From: Balanoglossus misakiensis
Lineage: Eukaryota > Animalia > Hemichordata
DNA length: 64,000 bases
Direction of reading: 5' to 3'
NCBI GenBank assembly: GCA_040954595.2
Contig: CM082592.2
Span: 1,984,001 to 2,048,000 of the forward strand
Part shown: positions 39,040 to 53,490 of the stretch, in pieces
Position numbering within the stretch: the first letter of the stretch is position 1
How the letters are laid out: every line of letters starts with the position of its first letter
Translations under genes and position numbers: made by a program
The notes under the pieces: model-generated
Database searches by the model: none
Told to the model about the DNA's origin: nothing
Seen by the model: only the letters and a program-made list of their open reading frames with translations

Positions 39040-39225
39040 TGGCGACGAACACGGCGACGAGTGACGAAGGAAATGCGGACGAGCGAATGGCACCGAAGGA
39101 CACGTTGGCGACGAGCGACGAAGGAAATGCGGACGAGCAAATGGCACCGAAGGACACGTTGGCGACGAACGAATGGCGACGAGCGACGAAGGAAATGCGG
39201 ACGAGCGAATGGCACCGAAGGACAC
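39040..39225. repeat. GC-rich ~54-bp tandem repeat (~3 units)
   Basis: ggcgacgagcgacgaaggaaatgcggacgagcgaatggcaccgaaggacac repeated. Confidence 0.85.
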
Positions 39226-41923
39226 AATCTCGGGGAAAGTTGCGAAAAAATCCACGGACGAATCACACGAGCGCATAGCGAAAATAATTTCTATAAAAGA
39301 AAAAAGAACATGTTAAACATACATTTATATAATCATTACACAATTGTATTACAACTACATTACACACCTTTGTCTGCATTACCCTTTACAACCTGTACAC
39401 GTTTAATTTGACCATGTGGCATTACCAGTTACACCTTTTTGTCACTACACTTTAAACCCATAACACACCAACTCATTATTATTAACCCTCTGTACAGAAT
39501 TAATGTAACCACGTGGCATAATTTAATTAATTTCCCTTTATTCATTGTTTTCACTAGACCATAAAACCAAACACCAGTCATATTTATATACCCTTTGTTA
39601 ACACTTTACCACGTGACATAACCCGGCAGTTACACCTTTTTATCACTATAGTCATATTAACCCTCTGTACAGAATTATATGTAACCACGTGATATAATTA
39701 CCCTTTTGTACACATTTGTTTCACTATACCATAAAACCATTTAACCACACACTTGTCATTTATATACCCTTTGTTAACACTTTACCACGTGGCATAACCC
39801 TCGATTTTACAGTACATTACTCATCACAACTTTGAAACCAAAATACTATACCCATGCAAACATTTGTATTTCTCAAAGTACCCTTGTTTGTTTGTGCACA
39901 ATGTTTACATGGCGCGCCGGTTGCAAAGAAAAACAGTGACAAGACGATACAGCACAGCGCATACAATCAACAAAACACAGAACAATGTCACCATATTCGC
40001 AGCGTTACACTCTGGGACCAATGCCGACCACTCCATTTTACCATTTCCACCGCGTAGTTTTACCAGAGATCAGCCGCCGTCCATGTTTCCAAACTGAAAG
40101 ACAAAGAAATGATGCCGTCTGCGAATTCAAATGCCACTAACGGACAGAGTGGCATCTGCGCATGCGAGTATGATAATTAGCATCCAGAAAAATCCAGAAT
40201 AAACCCACTGCGCATGCACTCTAGCCTTTAATTAGACAAAATATTCAGTTCAACGCAACACGTCCTGGTTGGGATTATAATAACAAAAGAAAGAATTATC
40301 AGTTCGGCAAGATTTGAATAACACCGAAAATTCACTGCAGTGGCAACGCGCGTCTAAATTAAATGAGACACCTGATTTTATCAGGCTGATTCCACAGGTT
40401 GCGCGGTAGTTGAGAGTGCTTGAGCTCTCAACAGCGCAGCGCGACCTGTGGCTGATATAATGGGCATGTAACAAGATTTGCAACATTGTTGACGCTTATG
40501 CAGACATTATGCTTGAAGAAATTTAAAACTCAAACTTTGTAGCCTTTATGAAGAAAACTCGGCAAATTGTGCGTGTCATTTTTTTCTGTTACCATGCATT
40601 AATTTTACTGACACAGAACACTCCAAGGAAAGATACAGTACACGTCCAAGGACCGCCGATTACATGCACAGGTGGTTACAATGAATGTTGATAAAACTTT
40701 TCTGGAACTGTTTCCATACAGTCAGTTGGACTTGGAAATACACAGGCCCCTATTATGCGACAAGTGACATCATTTCGTTTCTGATAAAACGTATCATCGA
40801 GCAGTGGTTTTCCACGACAAAACGAGCGTCCACTCAATTTCACTTCCATGTTTCCCACAATAAACTTGTGCAGTTGTGGAATAAAGTCAGTCATCGGACA
40901 AAGCTTAGAGTGTTCGCTCTTCGCGTAGAAACAAGCCCATTTTGTTGGATACTGTGACTATGCCCAAACTTAATAACCATGTTGGGACATCCGTATAGAG
41001 TAATTACTTGACAGTGAAATGAAAACCATGGAATATTATCTATATATAACAGATTATGATGTTTCACAGAGCTGTTTTGGAATGTGTAAAGGTGAAATTC
41101 GTTCTCGTTCTGACTTCATACCTGACCCACCCATTAGTAAAATGTTGAGGGTCCTTCCACTCGGACAAGCATGCGGCTTTGTGGAAGCTAGCCGACAGTT
41201 ATCGCCGGGTTGTCGGATTTGTTGCCGAATTTACCCGATGATCGTACATTCGGCCATGGAATCAGTCTCCAAGTGGAACATGTTTTCTTGTTTACATAAA
41301 CCTAGATCTGCTGAAATATCGATCCGATTTTGAAGAGCAGGGCTTCGCTGTAGACCTGCGTACTACATTGTGGAGGCCGTGTAACTATAACTCCAGAAAC
41401 ACGTCGCTGTGCTAGACTTTGCTATTTTTATTACGGAAAGTAACCTTCCTAAGTTCAATCCTGAACGATCTAGTCAGCGAAACTCACAAAGGGGAGATTT
41501 TGTACGGTATTGACAATGTGTCCACCCCACAATTGAATGATCACCAGAAACCGAAAGGGGAGCCCTGGTAATGCAGGAGCGAGTCGTAAATTAAAATATC
41601 TCCAAAAAACGTTTCCGATCTCCACGGGATTATACGTAGTCGTAGTCATCGCCAGTGAATAAAAGTACAGCCCAATTGTAAGAAGGCAATGGCGACGAAA
41701 TAAACCGAGTGTCAGAAATAACGCGAAGCCCCACCCCACCCCAACGGTACAGCTGCGTACCACAGCTAGCTCGGAGCGAGAGTTTCGGTACCGAGTTGAG
41801 TTACAAATTCGGCCTGAGCTGATGGTTTGGGTTACGCGATCCCATGACTTGGTACACGTTCACACACGCTAAGCTTGTTAAGAAACTATTTGGACAGAAT
41901 AACGGTCAAACAAATATCACATA

Positions 41924-42803
41924 CCGTACTTGCCCGGGTAAGAACCCCTGCTCGGACAAACGCCCCCCCCCCCCCTGGTTTTAGGGCCCATTTGAAGATC
42001 GAGGTCATATCCGGTCTAAAGCCCCCCCCCCCCCCCCCCGGCCGAATATCCATTAAATTCTTGGAAATTTAATAAAGTGCAATGCAAAAAAGGCGGATTT
42101 TCATCCCCAAAGTCACTAAAAGTGAACAAAAAATGTATGATGATTTACTTTCGCGCTAATTATCGTACCCACCGCGGCCGACTGGCCACGCTGAGTTATA
42201 TATAGCCGCTGTAGAAAACATGACCTCAGACAGGTCCCTCGGGACCGTGCCTCGAATTCAACGATCACGTAGATGGACGCGCTGCCGCGTATGAGGTCAC
42301 CGGGGAGCTTTCCAAAGCGGCCGCGTGGAGCTGCTTCAGTCCGTCCTCGACGCGAAACACCCAAAATTGGAAGATCCCGACTTGGACTCGGAGAATGAAC
42401 CACTCAAAAATTCCGGTAGACAAAGGCATGATTGCCACGATTAAGATAGATGTATTTACGTGCGTCCGTCCGTCGACGTCAAAGTATTAAATGCATGGGT
42501 GGGATTGACCATTTACCAATGTCCCGGTTAAACGGGATGTTTTGTCTGCGCCCATGGTGTCCCGATTAAACGGCGGCGACTGTAATATGTTTTCTGTATT
42601 TGATTTATGGGTAAAAAACTTTTTATTATTTGACCGTGAAATTTTTGGCCATGTTATTTGCATCATTATTCACCCCTTCCTCGTGTCCCTAGGCCCTCAT
42701 TTGCATAAATGTCGAGGTTGCTAAAGCCCCCCCCCCCCCCCCCCCCTGATTTTTCGCTAATCTATGGGCCCAGCACCCGGGGCTCTTACCCGGGCAAGTA
42801 CGG
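41924..42803. mobile_element. Tc1/mariner/pogo-type MITE, TA TSD
   Basis: ta|ccgtacttgcccgggtaaga...tcttacccgggcaagtacgg|ta. Confidence 0.8.
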
Positions 42804-44052
42804 TACACACAAATTATTCATTAAATAATCTTATTTAAATAACTCGAAAAATATAAAATGAATAAGTACAACCATTGAAAGATTCTTTTGTCTAACGGTG
42901 ACCAATTAAACGACCAACAGAAAATACAACATTCCACCAAAAGATAATAGACTGACAATTAATAGTACTGGGATTTGCATGCAATAATTCTATAGCTAGC
43001 GTTAAAGTTTTCAAGGAACAGTCACGTATTACCTCACAATATTGTCCTGACGAGTTAGAAGAAGAAAAACTCCATGAAATTTCCAGCTCGAGGGTGGCGT
43101 AATCGGGGATCCATAAATAAGGGCAAATTCAAGTTCTCGAAATTCTAGAATAGACCACACAGAATACCCAAAGACCGGATCCAGGACGCCGGGTTCACAT
43201 GTGGTGTACTCACGGAACTTCAATGCTCCAAGAACACTACTTTCTTGAAAGACCGCTGGAACATACGACAAGAATCCTTGATGATGGTGACGGGACGACA
43301 TGTAAGGTAGTAAAGCACGAGGTCGGATGGAAGCTGGTCAATGTGGCCGGAGACAACACGTGGCATAGTAACCTTTTAGAAATAACGGCGAGGCAACGTG
43401 GCAATGTACGTTTTTTATACGACTAAAATACATAATTAATTAACACCTGGATACGCGGTGTGTTGAACAAAGGAATAAAAGTGAGGTTCACCTGGTCATT
43501 GAACCATTGGACACATGGACAACATAACACGCTAAAAAAGCAAAACAAAACAGAACACTATTTACTTGATAACAAATCATGGCTTACACTTAGTTTTCTA
43601 GTTGCTGAATACGAGAAATGACTTAAAAATCTAAACACATGAAGCAAATCTAGCCATATGCGTAACTTTCGGAAAATGTACAGGACGTAAGACAGAAATT
43701 GGTACATAAAAACAAAAGCACATTTGTTCGACGCTTGTGGTCTTCCTGCGCTTGGCGCACAGTGCGCCCTCATGCGACCGAATCGAATCATGGGAATGGG
43801 AACATGGTGACTGTCGCTTATTTTGGTCTAACGTAACCATGGTTTCCTGTCGTGAAACCTTATGTTCTACACATTGTTGTTCGTGGGAGTGGCATCAGTT
43901 TGCGTTCAGGTGAGAATTGTTTGCTCTGCCTCCGCGTATGATTCGAAAAACGCGTTTACAAAGCAAAACGGATATCGATACTTCCGGTTTGTAATGTGCG
44001 ATCGCTTATACACGGCTAGCTCTCTGTGTTCGGATCAATCATTACCTCATTA

Positions 44053-44557
44053 GGGACTGGTCAGTTTCTTCAGCATGGGGGATTGATTCTATGTTGTGGA
44101 TATCAAAAGTGAGTGACACCCCCTCCCATGTCAACTTTCACAAACTGTAATTATCCCCCCCCCCCAGCGATTTTGTGATTGTTTGTAAAATTCAGAGCTC
44201 AAAGCTGAATTTTAATGAACTCAAAAGCAAATCAACTCAACAATGTTGGGGAGGGCAAATTTTACCTTTGCCCCCAAACACAACATATGTAGGGGGGGGG
44301 GGGGCAAAAACCCTGCTCTGTACTGCCTGCTAAAGAATCAGGGGGGTGGGTGTCCCCTCCACATTAGATAATTTTCTAATTTAGGAGCTCGAACTGTATT
44401 TTTGTGGACTCAAAAGCAATGTTTAGTCGCTAATTCAACATTTCCAAAACAAGGTGAGCCCCCCCCCCCCTCTCATCACCCAATTCCAAAACAGGGTGAC
44501 CCCTCCCCCCCCCCCCCCCCCCCCAGGCTGAAGAACCGACCAGTCCAGTCCAGTCCC
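44053..44557. mobile_element. PIF/Harbinger-type MITE, TTA TSD
   Basis: tta|gggactggtcagtttcttcagc...gctgaagaaccgaccagtcc..ccc|tta. Confidence 0.75.
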
Positions 44558-47500
44558 TTAGTAGGCTCATGATTTTAATGTGAAGTTAAAGACAGGTATA
44601 CATTCTTCAGTATTGTGGAGGAAACCGACAGTTTTGGGGGACCAGGAACACGGAGTAATTGTAACTGTTTCACAGCGAAGACATCAATGTATAGTGCTAC
44701 AAACATCAAAATGTAGTGACATTTGGACGTCAATAAAATCAGCATTTTTTCCCTTCCACCAGACCCAGTTCAACGATGCAGGTGAAATAGATTGTGTCCA
44801 TCAAATCCTGACAACAACCAGATGCTTAGTATCTACATAGGAAATGTATTTGCAGAACAGTGTGAGTTTTTGGCTGAGGCCTATGGCCAGCAAATAGTTA
44901 AATAATAACACATGTTTTATAACAAGGGCAATATCATGATTTTTAGCCTGCACGCAAGGGGTGGTGATCTCTGACCATAATATTGATGATGCCCAAGCAG
45001 AGAGCACCAGCCTGAGGGCAGGCAGGAAATCATGATGTTTCCCGAGCATTTTGAGTTATCCATTTTCTACACAGAATATTTGGTACATAAAGCATAGAAC
45101 ATTAAATTTAGAGTTGTGTGTCCCAGGTTCGTTAATTTTTGGAGAACTGTAGCTGTAGGCCTACTTTCAACACCGAGAATTTTGAACAACTGTGGGTTAA
45201 ATTCTGATGTGTTTACTATCCATTTGCAGTAAAATATCATCGAACTGAATAGGTAAGGTGTGTTGGTCTTTGAAGCCATAGATGCCGGAGATTGAGATTG
45301 ATTCTAATGACAATTTGGCATGTGCAGAAAAGATGCACACTACAGAACTTGAAAATCATCCCCAGTAGGCTGTAACCCCTAGCTACCATGTTTTTCTTTA
45401 TGCTCCCCACACACGGTCTAGTAATTTGGTTTCTATTTTTGAAATTTTTGCAAGTTAAAGGACTCTAACCGTGGCAGCGTAGGTCAATGCTTACCATGTG
45501 ATCATGAACATTAGAAGTCATATACAACCTGATCTACTACTGATTGACTGAATTAATGAGCAGTGGTGTTGCTCAATATCAGTGACCTTAAGTTGCCATG
45601 GCTGGAGTCCTTTGACAAGCAAATAGGAAATGTAGCAAAATTTCAAAGATGGAGACCAAATTGCTAAACCCTGGTGGAGCATAGCATAAAAAACACAGGA
45701 GTCTGGATTCTAGACAATAAACTTACAGGAATGCAATTAGCGTACAGTACAGATTTCAATTTCCTTCATTGTACATGTACCTGCTGCACCACAGCAGTAA
45801 ATCTTTGAACTACAACTGTGCGTTTGATCTCTGATTTTATGCTTTTATTTAAATTTTCTCTCCAAGGTCATGGTGATATTTGTGGTGACCTTGATTTGTG
45901 CTGTGTGTATATGTTGGTGAACTTGCTGGCTGTTGACCCATGGTTGTGTATAAAGAGAGGCTTTCCGAAATCCCAGCCATTGCTGACGGTAGGTTGCAAT
46001 GAAACTTGTGTTGTTCATTTTCAACAAGGTACATTTTTTTATGTGATCTTGTAAGTGTTGCTGTTAGATGTTATAGCATCATAAAAGCTAGTTGGAAGGT
46101 TGGAGGAAAATTGCTGACACACTTTTGAAGGATGTTTTATACCAAGATTTGTTAATTTCAACCAGAAATTGTGCATTGTTTTGCAAAATGGAGTCAAATA
46201 AGATTTTTGTAAGATCCGCAAAAGTGCTGTGTAAAATAACAGCTGTCTACTGTATACGATCAGCATCAAGTATATCTGGGCTTTAGAAAATATTATTATA
46301 CATCTGGCACCGAGAACAATAGAATTTAGCGTGCGCTAAAAAAGCCGTACGGAACGGTACGTACGGAACGCGTGTTAAATAAGTCTTCAGTTTCAAGGCG
46401 CCCCAACTCACCGTGTACAGGTATGCGTTGTTATGCGGACGGTTTCAAGACACCCCCACTCCCAACGCACGCGCACGTACGTAAACAAAAAAGAAAGATG
46501 GCTGCTCACTGAGTCAACTGAGCGGTTTTCGATCGATTGTATCGGCATTTTGGGCGTTTTGGAAGCCAAGTAACATGCAACACAAGAACACAACGGAGAT
46601 GTAAGATGTATAATAATAAGGTTATTACGAAAATACCGCAAAGTAGTTTCTTAAAACTGATGACGTATCTTCCCCACTTCCCTCTTTTGAGGGTCCAGAT
46701 TATCACAGAAAACAATGGATTTGGACAAAACCATGGTGGTGAAAGGTTTATCTGCACCGCATGGAAGGCTATTCAGTTCCTGAATGAAATATCCATGTTC
46801 TTCTTTTCTCGTTTGTAGGAGATTTCACTGTCACTCCACGGCGACTGTCTGGAGGTAACTTCTTTCGCTTCGGTCGGCCCAGCTATACTGGAAACACCAG
46901 GTGCAGGAGCAGAAGAGAAATGTCTTTGACAGACACGCCATGTTTAGTTGAAGAGTTGCACCCTTGTCTTTGATCTGCCATACTCAGTTGAAGGCATGTT
47001 CTTGTGTCTTTCAAAAGAGCAGTAAAATTATGGCAGACAGTTTGCTTAGACTTTGATATTGTGTTACCCAGTACTGCTTGTTACTTCCACTGGACATTTC
47101 CCACAATTCAGTCTGACAATGATTAAGGTTAGGGATGGGGTTTTGTTTTCTGACATTTCTGAATTCCACTATGGAATTGTTGTAGCATGAGCATTATGTA
47201 TTTCATGAAACCTGTCCTTTCAGACACCTCCGTAATCAGAACACATCTCAATTTAATAAGGACAGATTGTTCAAGACAAAAGCTACAATTTAAATACCTT
47301 TGTATTACCTACATGCACCTATCTGGTTAAGGGCAGATTTTGTCTTGAAGGTGTCCTTAATAGACATGTGTCACTGTATGTTCAGGTTAAAAGCATCCAT
47401 TTATTAAGCCAGCATATCTGTGACCTACAAAACAATGCATGCTATTATCTTGTACTCACAGACCCTCAGGGTAAAAAAATGTATGATAAGGCAGAATATA

Positions 47501-48783
47501 TTCTTTATTTGAGCAAAAAAGCCACATTGGTGTTCCAAATAAAAACTGCATTGGTATCATTCTAGTTCTGTGATGCTGGTACCTCTGTGTACTATATATT
47601 GAATCATTCCAAAATCTTCAACCATGCAAACTTAAAACAGATGGAGAAATATATTGGGTTGTCATGTTTTGTGGTATGGCCACATATCTGTATGTAAGTT
47701 GTGTAGTTATTTTTGTGTCGGTCAGTGTCCCTGTACTGGATTGACACAAGTTATATTTGTGATGTCATCACTTGAATGTCAGGTGACAGTGTCTTCCCAG
47801 ATCTAAATGCAAAACTGTGAGTGTTAAAAAAACAAAAGGGTGTTGTCGTTTAGCGACAATCATAGCAAATTGGCTCTTTTGGATTGGATTGGTTTAGTGT
47901 TAGGGTTCTGTATGTTGGAAATGATTGATAATAAATTCATTGAAGTAATCAATGTACCTTTATAGACTAGAAGACCTAATCAGCACAAATATAGCATGTA
48001 TATATTGTTTCATATTTTGTGCTGATACGTTTCTACTTCTAGAGTTAGTATTGGAGTATATAAATATTTTATCTTGTGAGAAGGGTTTATTTATGTCAGG
48101 AATTTCTGCCATATTACATGTTGTGTTGTAATGATATATTTAAAAAAAGCAATATAGTAAAATGAATACTGTGTTTAGATGATGTGTGTTTTTTTCGTAT
48201 TAAAGCCCAAAAATGAAATTGTATCAGATACCAAAGTTGATAAATCTGTATCACTTTCCCTGACCATTCAAGCACTGATCGCCTTGGAAACAAGTGAGGA
48301 ACTTTGCTGTATTTAACATGAACATTGGTTTTGCCGGTTGCCTGTATCTAGCCCCCATACATTTCCATCATGCACTTCACATATTGATATTGGACTTGAA
48401 TTAGTTGATATCACAAGAGAAAGTTATTTGCTAAATGAGAATCTGTCACCAGTTCTTTGTAGTCTCCATTGCTTGCCAGTTGACAAAGACTTGACTGCAA
48501 ATTTATACAAAGCTATCAACTGTCTTGCCCCAGTCTGCATTCCAGGATCTGATCACGCTGTATTATCACAGGGGCGCTACCTCCATGTTTTTATTGTGTT
48601 TATGTGTGTGTTTGTGTGGGTGTGTGTGCGCACGCTCGTGTGTGTGTGTGTGTGTTGTTATTGATTGGCATAATAAAATGTTAGGGTATCTTCAAATGTT
48701 TGTTTGGTGTTATTGATTGGCACAATAAACATACAATTATGGTCACGTTTGTTTGTTGACATTTTACGGTATATAAACAGTTA

Positions 48784-49817
48784 GGGACCGTTCAGTTTTT
48801 ACGGCCGGGGAGGGGGGTCACTTAATTTAGAAGTCAAAAAGGGGGGGGGGGGGGGGTCATCTGTTATTTTTAAACGTTTAGGGGGGGGGGGGTCACATAC
48901 TTTTGCCGCCAAACTTTTGCTTTTGAGTCCACAAAATTGCGGTTTCGCACCCTTTATTTTACAAAATTTTCTAATGTGAGAGTGGCAAAAAGTAAAATTG
49001 GTCCTCCCAAACATTGAGATAATTTGCTTTTGAATTCATTAAAATGCAACTTTGAGCACCATATTTTACAAAATTTTCTAATGTGAGAGGGGGACACCCC
49101 CTCCCACACCCACCCCCTTCATTCTCCGCCACATTTCATTTTTTTCCTGGTTTGTCTAGTGTACCAGGGCAGAGTGCTTGCCACCCCAACCCCACGGATG
49201 ATAATATTTAAACAAGTAAATACATCAAGGAGAATAATCGTTTAAACCATTTCGCATATCTTGATGGTTTCGTGCTGCATCTTCTATATACTAGAAGTTT
49301 TATAAATGATGTCATGACGAAGATGACGCCAAATCGTCTAACTTTGAGTGGGTGGCAAAAAGTAAAATTGGTCCTCCCAAACATTGAGATAATTTGCTTT
49401 TGAGTTCATTAAAATGCAACTTTGCGCTACATATTTTACAAAATTTTCTTTCACGCCCACCCCCGCCACTTTCTTGTTTTACCAGTTTCTAGCAACTATT
49501 GTATTGACTTGTCATTTTATTTTGTTCATAGATTTCTTTATTGCAACGATATATATACGGGTACTTCAATTACTTTAAGAAATTTATCATTGAGGTGTTA
49601 GGAGCATCATTCCCTTTATTGCATACGGTGTACATAGGATTAGGACGGCGAATGTTTTCAGCACAGGGGGGGGGGCATCATATTTTGGGTCTGTCAAAGA
49701 GGGGGTCATCATTTTTTGCTCCTGGGTGAAGGGGGGGGGGTCGGCCTGATTTTGAGAACCGATGACACAAACTTGCCGCCCCCCCCCCCCCCCCAGCCGT
49801 AAAAACTGAACGGTCCC
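48784..49817. mobile_element. PIF/Harbinger-type MITE, TTA TSD, right arm only
   Basis: tta|gggaccgttcagtttttacggc...gccgtaaaaactgaacggtccc|tta; truncated relative at ~56927-57085. Confidence 0.85.
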
Positions 49818-50299
49818 TTAGGTTAGGGTGTATTCAATGGTTAGGATTAGTGTTGGGATATTTTCGTGGAGCACACACAATAAAAGCATACAGGGAACGC
49901 CCCCTGTGGTATTATTAGCCTCGAGATCTAAGTCAAAGAACCAGTTGTGTAGACCAAACAGACTCAAAATATGGTGAACGTGCCTGTATCGTTGTGCCAC
50001 AACTTTGAAATTCTCTGGGATCTGCTATTCAACAGGCTTCTGGAATTAACATCTTCAAACAAAAACTCTGTTAATTAAAAGCTTTATATAGCTGAAAAAT
50101 TCATGGAAATTTGTTCACATTCTATAATGGTATCTATGATTTGAAGTTTGTTGAAAGTGTTGTAATATTAAACATTTACTGGTGAAAGCTTAAGCATACA
50201 GATTTATGGATTTCGCCCAATGCCTTGTCAATATTAGTCAAGCAAATGCACATAGCTTTTCGGATGGCAATTTTTAAGGGGAAGATTTTCTAACATTTA

Positions 50300-51097
50300 G
50301 GCTGCATTCACAAACACCTCTGGAGGGGGGGGGAATTCAATTTTTTTCACCGCTAATTTTCACATGCCCCCCTTCCGAACTGCCAATATTTTCAAATCCC
50401 CCCCCTTCCGAACTGCCAAAATTTTGAAATCCCCCCCCCCCCATTTTCTTTCACAGAGCAAAACACATGACCTATCTTGTAAAAAGAAAAACAGCGCTCC
50501 CATGAAAAGAATTTGAAACTGATGTTTCCCCTCATCAGTGGGTATTAAAACTGAACATTGTTTTTATTTTTAAGTACATATATTTGTATTCTGTGTTGGG
50601 AGACATTGTAAACCGAGAATTGAAGGGGGTGGGTTTGGGAGGGGGTGTCCCCCTCCCACGTAAGAAAATTTTCTAAAATACAGAGCTCAAAGCTGCATTT
50701 TAATGAACCCGGCAAAAGCAAATTAACTCAACTACGGGTATGTTGGGGAGGACAAATTTAACCGTCGCCGCTGAAAGTTATCATGGGGTGGGGTCAAGTC
50801 CCCTGATCTGGGACACTAGATAAAGCAGTCAATGATTGAAAGGTGTTGATGAATGGAGGGGGTGGGTGTGGGAGGGGGTGTCCCCCTCCCACATCAGAAA
50901 ATTTTGTAAAATAAAGGGCACGAAACTGCATTTTTGTGGACTCAAAATAAATATTAAGTCGTTAAAGTTTTCAAGTCCCCCCCTTTTCAGTCCCTAAATT
51001 ATTTCAAATCCCCCCCTTACATACCCTCAATTTTTTTAAATCCCCCCCTCAATTCTCCTGCCCCCCCCCCCCTCCAGAGGTGTTTGTGAATGCAGCC
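50300..51097. mobile_element. PIF/Harbinger-type MITE, TTA TSD, right arm only
   Basis: Same TIRs as 18896-19717; empty site at ~30645-30660. Confidence 0.85.
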
Positions 51098-53007
51098 TTA
51101 CACTTGTACTCAAGCACTACAATGCAGAAATCTCCTTTACTCTGGGATGGGTTCAAAAAGAATGCGCACAACACACCGTCTTTTGTTTCTCAGAGCAAGT
51201 GACATGGATATGTAAAGATTGCATCAAAGTCCTTTCAGTCTGTAGTGGGACCGTTCCCCGTATAGACGTCATGGAACAACATGATATGACCACTCCATGA
51301 TATAACAGACGTAGCTTCACCGTAACGCCCTCAACGACAGAAGAATATATTCTGTTGTTGTTTTTCGGCGAGAACGTGAACTGCAGTCATGATCGACATA
51401 CCACTTGTACATTTTCACCAGGAGAATATCTTCTTTCTGCTGTTTTTTTCCGGTCCGCTGTCAAGACGTTGATGAGGTTCAGCTGGACGTTCAAATGTGC
51501 GAACGAATGTAGTTATCAACTGCCAGAACTGAAAGCTGATGGCGCCATCTACAACGAAAGATGAAGTTCAGTGTCCATGCTTGTATTACAAAATCCAAAA
51601 TAAAACAAGATAGCGATAATCGAACACCTTAGTAGTCATAAACAACGACAGTGTTCTTTAACATGGTTTTCGCATTAAATGTCAGCATATTAAAATCATA
51701 ACCGAGTTGGGTGCTCGTGTATACATGTGCCTGTTAAATATATCGAGAAAGTTAAATAGCTACGTCCATGGGTCTTTTGGATCAGTCAGTCAGCTATCAT
51801 GATACATGTATTTATGGTTTAGAATGTCACTTGTTGCACGTTACAAAGCTACACTATTCACCATTCATGGACGTTGCGACCATCACATGCGTATGGGTTG
51901 GGTTTCCAGTATTTTCTGATATGATACAGCATATTTCCACTGATAATTAAAAATACGCGTTGTAAGTTTCACCGTCCGAACAAATGCACAGAGGTCAAAC
52001 ATACAAGGTTCGTGATGGCCTCGCGGCGTGTTTAGGTTCCAGTATCCGTCCAGACCAGAAACCAGAAAAGTTGGTCGCTTGAAAAGACAAGAGATTCAAG
52101 TACTTCAAACGCATACCTTTGCGACAACAAATTGATTTAGAAGATTTGGTGTACAACCTAAGTATACACCGATAAAATTGTTTTCCACAAAATGTAGAAA
52201 CGCAACATGTGGACTGATCACTGATGTGGGTCATTGTATTGTAAAAGAGTCAACCATGACCTATATTTCGATGGCATTGTATCTCAGTATACCTTTTACC
52301 CGCAAACGCTACTATTGATCCATGTCAAGTTTCGTCAAATTTGACGCAAGAACACTAAATTAACAAGATTCACTGCACGAATTAAGATTTTACTCAAATT
52401 ATTCATAAATTACAAAAATAACATGACGGAGCTAAAAGTCTTCTAGTTAGGCCAAATAAAAAATATGTTCTGTTCCGATTACCCGACCTACCCTAATTTT
52501 AGCCCTCCGACCCTAAACTTTTTAGAGCTTCGTAAACCGGAAGTAAAACAATGATGCCAAATATACAAAATGTATGAATAGCGAGAATCACGCAAAAACT
52601 ATGACGCCATTATTCTATACTACGGCGGCCGAAGATATAACCTACCATATTTTTGAAAACCATGTAATCGGAACGGCACATGTTATTTTTGGGGGAGGGG
52701 GCCTTAGCACATACCGTCGTCAGATAAGTCTGATAGCCTATACATGTACATCACTGATAAGCAAAGTGTATTACATTTTGAAATTTGCAGTTTACTGATC
52801 CGATAGTGCAGCATATGGAGAGGTTAATACCGTACGCCGATGAGGCGGACTGAGTGTGTGTACTAAAAAGCTGTCAAAAAAGTTGACATTACACAGTTTT
52901 ATACCAGTTTACCATGGTCAATGTGTACCCGGATTCTAGGGAGTAAGGAAATGACACCGTTTGTGCTCACTAGGCACTGTTAAGGTTGAAGAACTGGTGT
53001 GAAATTT

Positions 53008-53102
53008 GCCTCTCCAGAGGGCGCCGTCAATGACCTTTGGCTCTTCAGAGATGCGTCTCTGAAAAGCCAAAGGTCATTGACGGCGCCCTCTTGAGAGGCA
53101 AG
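53008..53102. repeat. Near-perfect ~95-bp palindrome
   Basis: gagggcgccgtcaatgacctttggct..agccaaaggtcattgacggcgccctc. Confidence 0.75.
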
Positions 53103-53490
53103 TGTGACATCTGACTTCGTTATTCATTTTCACTTACAGTACTGAAGTTTACCGACGCCCTTTAAAAAACCCTCAGTTCATAGGCGGAATTGACGTATGC
53201 GGAGGCTTAATGAGGCCACAGAAGTAGTTTTTTTATTTCATACCTGTAATTTTTTTTCATGCCTGTAATAAAAATGTCATACCTGTAATTAAAATTTCAT
53301 GCCTGTAATTTTTTTTTTTTACTTTCGTGACCTTTGAACCTACAAGATCTGCTCAGCTCAGCTGAGTTCAAGTGTGATATTGCGGTCAAAATTAAGCATA
53401 GACCTTTGATATCAACATTCAGGAAGAGAGTAGAAAATACAAACAGAGGTGTCATAACTTGAGCAGGTTCCAGCGACACAGAGTAAGCTG

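Larger units (their letters stand above)
44474..51539 (-). repeat. Right arm of large inverted duplication
   Basis: Reverse complement of 30161-37587 with arm-specific insertions. Confidence 0.92.

Noticed and set aside
38940-39411. Overlapping ORFs in four frames
   Set aside because: Artefact of a stop-free 54-bp tandem repeat.
40676-43426. Protein-coding gene or transposase in the palindrome core
   Set aside because: Only short ORFs with no motif I can recognise.
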